NCBI GenBank assembly: GCA_964551725.1
Contig: CAZKED010000031.1
Coordinates: 1 to 10,559 of the forward strand
DNA from: an uncultured archaeon
GTDB taxonomy: Archaea; Iainarchaeota; Iainarchaeia; Iainarchaeales; DTGL01
DNA length: 10,559 nt
Reading direction: 5' to 3'
The notes beneath the pieces are model-generated. The model did not search any database and was not told where the DNA came from. It saw nothing but the letters and a program-made list of their open reading frames with translations. Below, in pieces: positions 6,909 through 10,559 of the stretch. Each line of letters opens with the position of its first letter. The stretch's first letter is position 1. The translations under genes were made by a program, and so were the position numbers.

Positions 6909-6928
6909 GGGGGAAACGGTGGTTTTTC

Positions 6929-7573
6929 ATGTGCGCAAGGGTAGTCACTTCCTTTGACAAGGTCATTGAAGTGCCGAGCGAGGGCATTACGGCTTTCAAC
7001 GAAAAGCCGAGCGTTCTCGAAAAATACGACAAGGAAATTGACCGCGTGCTTATTTCAAAGGAGTGCATTAAGCGCCGCTTGGAAGCGATGGCGAAGCAGA
7101 TAGGCGAGGAACTGAAGGACTTCAAGGAAATAAGCTGTTTGGTCGTGCTTAAGGGGAGCATTTTTTTCGCTTCCGACCTCATACGACTGCTGGACGAGGG
7201 CACGCCCATAAGGACAAAGCTGGATTTCATACGCTGTTCGAGCTACGGCAACAAGGCATTCCCGGATGCAGAGGTAAAAGTGGAAAAATACAGCGAACTC
7301 GAAGGAGAAGTAATACTGATAATAGAGGACATCATAGACCAGGGCGGAACGCTTAAAAAACTGCAGGAATTTCTCAGCGAGCGGGGCAAGCCCTTCCGCA
7401 CCTGCGTTCTTTTGGACAAGACGCAGGGCGAGAATCCCGACATAAAGCTTGACTACGTGGGATTCAAAATCCCGAGGGAATTCGTGGGCGGATATGGGCT
7501 GGATTACGCGGGCTTGTACCGCGGTCTATCGGACATTGTCGTGGTGAAAAAGGAACTGCTCAAAACGGAATAG
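6929..7573 (+). CDS. hpt: Hypoxanthine(-guanine) phosphoribosyltransferase
   Basis: ATG 6929 with GGTGG SD (6918-6922). Motifs VLKGSIFFASDL, DFIRCSSYG, PRPP-binding loop LIIEDIIDQGGTL, LLDK, DYVGFKIP.EFVGGYGLDY...YRGL. Confidence 0.92.
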   Translation: MCARVVTSFDKVIEVPSEGITAFNEKPSVLEKYDKEIDRVLISKECIKRRLEAMAKQIGEELKDFKEISCLVVLKGSIFFASDLIRLLDEGTPIRTKLDFIRCSSYGNKAFPDAEVKVEKYSELEGEVILIIEDIIDQGGTLKKLQEFLSERGKPFRTCVLLDKTQGENPDIKLDYVGFKIPREFVGGYGLDYAGLYRGLSDIVVVKKELLKTE

Positions 7574-7584
7574 CGCCCAGCCGG

Positions 7585-8841
7585 TCAGCGCTGCACCAAA
7601 TCGAATGCCTGCTTTTTCGCCTGCTCGACCACTTCTTCCTCGCCCTCGACCTTCCTGCTTTCCATCACAACCCTGCCGTTGCATATCACTGCGTCAATGC
7701 AGTCTCCCGTGGCAGAATAAACCAGGTCGGAGACAAGGGAATGCCCTGGCACGAGCTTGGCATTCTTCAAATCCACAAGGCACAGGTCGGCGAGTTTTCC
7801 CTTCTCTATTGCGCCGGCGTTCAGTCCGATGCTCTGCGCGGCATTTTTTGTGCAGAGGGAGAACGCTTGTTCCGCATTTAACGCGGTCGGATCGCTGCGT
7901 GAAAATTTTTGCGCGAGGGAAGCGAACTTCATCTCCTCCAATAGGTCAAGAGAATTGTTCGAAGCGCAGCCGTCCGTTCCCAGAGAAACCAAAACGCCGG
8001 ATTTCTGCAGTTCAAGCAGGGGCATTGTTCTTCCGACCGCGAGTTTCTGGTTGGAAACAGGGCAGTGGACGGCGCGCGCCCCGCGCCTGGCGAGAATTTC
8101 AATCTCCTTTGCGTCAAGCCAGACGCAATGCGCGTTTAGCACCCGGCTTGAAAAAAAGCCGATGCCGTCCAAAAATTCCACGGGCCTTTTCCCGTGCCTT
8201 TCAATGCATTCCTTTACTTCCTTTTCCGTTTCGCTGAGGTGAAAATGCACAAGCAGTTTTTCTTTCCTTGAAAACTCCGCCTCTTTCGCAAGGCTTTCCT
8301 CGCTCAGCGTGTAAACGGCGTGCGGTCCTATTGCTGCTTTGACCAGATTGCCCATCTTTTTTATTTCTTTTATTGATTTTTTCAATGCGGCGAATGACCT
8401 TTCCTCCTTTCCGGGATTCAACGGATCGAACAAAACCTCGCTTACCACTGCCCTGAGACCCGAATCCCTGGCGGCTTTCGCGGTTTCCTGTGAGAAAAAA
8501 TACATGTCGTTGAAGCACGTTGTGCCGGTTTTGAGCATTTCAAGGCACGCCAGCCTTGCACCCCAGTAAACGTCCTTTGCTTTCAGTTTTTTTTCCCGCG
8601 GCCAGATGTATTCAGTGAGCCACTCGTGCAGAGGGAAGTCGTCCGCATAACCGCGGAGAAGCGACATTGCCGCATGCGTGTGGTTGTTTATGAGAGAGGG
8701 AATTGCCGCCTCGCCCCTGCCGTCGATTATCTGGTCTGAGCGGTCGGGATTTTTGGGGTTTATTTCGGAAAAAGTGCTTCCCTCAATCTGAATGCTTGCC
8801 TTTTTTCCGTTGAGCATGACGCCTTCAATGAGCAGTGTCAT
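7585..8841 (-). CDS. mtaD: Amidohydrolase, 5'-methylthioadenosine/S-adenosylhomocysteine/5'-deoxyadenosine deaminase family (MtaD/DadD)
   Basis: NNHTHAAMSLLRGYADD..L.EWL...IWP.E, FNDMYF, GPHAVYT, HFHLSET..E, AHCVWL, HCPVSNQKLA.G, LGTDGCASNNSLD. Start overlaps the upstream stop (ATGA, 8838-8841). Confidence 0.88.
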   Translation of the reverse strand: MTLLIEGVMLNGKKASIQIEGSTFSEINPKNPDRSDQIIDGRGEAAIPSLINNHTHAAMSLLRGYADDFPLHEWLTEYIWPREKKLKAKDVYWGARLACLEMLKTGTTCFNDMYFFSQETAKAARDSGLRAVVSEVLFDPLNPGKEERSFAALKKSIKEIKKMGNLVKAAIGPHAVYTLSEESLAKEAEFSRKEKLLVHFHLSETEKEVKECIERHGKRPVEFLDGIGFFSSRVLNAHCVWLDAKEIEILARRGARAVHCPVSNQKLAVGRTMPLLELQKSGVLVSLGTDGCASNNSLDLLEEMKFASLAQKFSRSDPTALNAEQAFSLCTKNAAQSIGLNAGAIEKGKLADLCLVDLKNAKLVPGHSLVSDLVYSATGDCIDAVICNGRVVMESRKVEGEEEVVEQAKKQAFDLVQR

Positions 8842-9533
8842 TTTTTCCCTTCAGAAATTGCTTCGATTATTTTCCATATTTTCTCTGCGTTTTTTCCCGC
8901 GGACTCCACTATGCGCTTGTGGGTTGGCTTTGCCCCGGAAATTCCGTTCGCGTAATTGTCTATGGAGCATATTGCAGCATACTCCATTTCCTGCTCTCTT
9001 GCCAGCGTTGCCTCGCTCGCAAGGGTCATTCCCACGAAGTCCGCGAATTCCGCAAGGAAAGCGCTTTCCGCCGGCGTTTCCAAGCGCGGTCCCCTTGACT
9101 GGAAGTACGTTCCGGAGCCAATGACCTGAATGCCAAGCTTTCCCGCGGCATCGAGCAGTTTGTTCTTCAGCGTTTCACTCAGCGCCGGCGTAACATGCTT
9201 TGCCTGTGAGTCGAAAAAGGTCTGCACGCCCGCGAAGTTCATGTAATCGCTTGGAACAGCGATTGAGCCTGGCTTTATTTCCGGCTTGAGGCTGCCCGCG
9301 GAATTCACCCCGATTATTTCCCTTACTCCGAGCTTCTTGAGTGCCAGAATGTTTGCCTTGTGGTTTACATTGTGCGCCGGAATTTGCCCGGTCGGACCGT
9401 GCCTCGGGATAAAGGCAATGTTTTTTCCAATATGCACAAGCGTTTTGCCGTGCTCCGTGCCTATTTCGTCCTCTCTTTCCGCCCCAAAAAGGGGTTTTTT
9501 GAAGAAAACAGTGCCTCCTATGACGCCGAGCAT
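8838..9533 (-). CDS. mtnP: MTAP/PNP family nucleoside phosphorylase, probably 6-oxopurine specific (S-methyl-5'-thioinosine/inosine phosphorylase)
   Basis: GVIGGT, FIPRHG, HNVNHKANILALKKLGV, NSAGSL, GPRLETPAE, ADFVGMT.ASEATLARE, CSIDNYANG. Confidence 0.88.
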   Translation of the reverse strand: MLGVIGGTVFFKKPLFGAEREDEIGTEHGKTLVHIGKNIAFIPRHGPTGQIPAHNVNHKANILALKKLGVREIIGVNSAGSLKPEIKPGSIAVPSDYMNFAGVQTFFDSQAKHVTPALSETLKNKLLDAAGKLGIQVIGSGTYFQSRGPRLETPAESAFLAEFADFVGMTLASEATLAREQEMEYAAICSIDNYANGISGAKPTHKRIVESAGKNAEKIWKIIEAISEGKK

Positions 9534-9548
9534 TTATGACCAGATGAA

Positions 9549-10451
9549 TTAGGAACGCTTAATTTTTAATTTGTTCCTCCGGCGGGTTTTCGGCTTTTCC
9601 AGCGCACCTCCCGCGAAGTGGTCGAGCAGCAGGACGAGAAACACTCCCGCGAGGGCGAATGCTACTGCGAGTTTCACTTCCTCGAGGTTTGCGGCAGCAG
9701 ATGCCTTTTCGAGGGGAATGCGCAGGGCGCCGAGCATCAGCCCTGTCAGGAAAGCCATTACACTGCTTTTGTGCCTTTTGAGCAGGAACGCGAGCAGCCT
9801 TGAGAAAAGCAGTATTCCAATCAAAGCACCCGCAATGAACAGGAATATGACCACAAGATCAAGGTTGTGCAGTGCCTGGAGAAGGAACTCGTACTGCCCC
9901 AAGAACAAGAGGATGAACGCTCCGGAAATGCCGGGCAGTATCATCGCGCATACTGCTATGGCACCGCTCGCAAATACTGCTATAGCGGAGTGATCTGCCT
10001 GGATTCCGGTCAGACCAGTAAAAAGGAATGCGAACGCAAATCCCGCGCCAGCGAATGCAAGCGCTTGGAAATTCCTCTGGCTTATGCTGCCGTACACTAT
10101 TTTCGCGGAGGCGAGAATCAGCCCAAAAAAGAACGCAAACGTTGGCACGGGATGGAATTCGAGAGCAAAACGTATTATGCGGGAAAAGAAGAGGAAGGAG
10201 AGCGCTATTCCCGCGAGCAAGGGAATGAAGAAGGAAAAATCTATTGCGAGGAAATTCTTTTTCGCTTTGGAAAAATCGCCCCTGAGCGAGAAGCGCAGGA
10301 ATCCGAAGTCAACGTTTTTTATCCCGAAGACCAGCCGGGAGTAAATTCCCGTGATGAATGCAATTGTTCCGCCTGAAACCCCGGGAATAATGTCCGCCAT
10401 GCCCATGAGCATTCCCTTAGCGAAAAACAGCAGTTCTTCCTTCGCATTCAT
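9549..10451 (-). CDS. DUF368 membrane protein (polyprenyl/undecaprenyl-phosphate translocase, PopT family)
   Basis: Two signature re-entrant motifs, KGMLMGMADIIPGVSGGTIAFITGIY and AMILPGISGAFILLFLGQY, plus FFFGLILAS and many hydrophobic segments. ATG 10451 (MNAKEELL) is preferred over GTG 10511. Confidence 0.9.
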   Translation of the reverse strand: MNAKEELLFFAKGMLMGMADIIPGVSGGTIAFITGIYSRLVFGIKNVDFGFLRFSLRGDFSKAKKNFLAIDFSFFIPLLAGIALSFLFFSRIIRFALEFHPVPTFAFFFGLILASAKIVYGSISQRNFQALAFAGAGFAFAFLFTGLTGIQADHSAIAVFASGAIAVCAMILPGISGAFILLFLGQYEFLLQALHNLDLVVIFLFIAGALIGILLFSRLLAFLLKRHKSSVMAFLTGLMLGALRIPLEKASAAANLEEVKLAVAFALAGVFLVLLLDHFAGGALEKPKTRRRNKLKIKRS

Positions 10452-10559
10452 TGCAACCAGTCCCCGCGGGGCGGGAAAAAAGCCCAAAAAATTATGTAGA
10501 CTTTTTTTCACCTGCGTTAAACCGCGAATAACACAAAAAAATAGGAAAAAAAATAAAAA

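Noticed and set aside
6881-6928. TTG-started extension of hpt
   Set aside because: Phe-rich translation of a T-tract. The SD supports ATG 6929.
6833-6928. Purine riboswitch upstream of hpt
   Set aside because: The conserved three-way-junction sequence of purine riboswitches is not recognisable.
7605-8242. Long + strand ORFs (210 and 161 aa) opposite mtaD, and similar antisense ORFs across the window
   Set aside because: They lie entirely within well-supported genes on the other strand and have no motifs. They are expected shadows of coding DNA.
9519-9539. Two TATGA pentamers around the phosphorylase start
   Set aside because: They are 16 nt apart, lack the leading G and are not in 10-bp phase, which is compatible with chance.
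10452-10511. GTG-started extension of DUF368, and the CCCCGCGGGG palindrome at 10462-10471
   Set aside because: The conserved domain starts just after ATG 10451. The palindrome could mask the RBS, but it is short and otherwise unsupported.

Overview
Archaeal genomic window: class V FBP aldolase/phosphatase, BRE/TATA-type promoters and GGAGG/GGTGG ribosome-binding sites. A small-genome DPANN-type lineage is my guess, not something the sequence proves. It has four blocks. (1) An AT-rich left block (1-1711) with a partial MBL-fold hydrolase and an AAA_14/DUF4143 ATPase. (2) A minus-strand nucleotide-sugar operon: ugd - FBP aldolase/phosphatase - sugar-1-phosphate nucleotidyltransferase - UDP-xylose synthase. 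(3) A divergent gene fusing a NikR-like ribbon-helix-helix (RHH) DNA-binding domain to a nucleotidyltransferase domain with degenerate catalytic motifs, followed by hpt. (4) A convergent minus-strand operon: DUF368 polyprenyl-phosphate translocase - MTAP-family phosphorylase - MtaD-family deaminase, which with hpt would form a purine salvage route. The best candidate for an undescribed system is the RHH-pseudo-nucleotidyltransferase. Its promoter carries four TATGA/TCATA boxes at exact 10-bp spacing, including GTATGA/TCATAC NikR-type half-sites. This suggests a one-component nucleotide-sugar/NTP-sensing repressor. No rRNA, tRNA, CRISPR array or transposase was seen.
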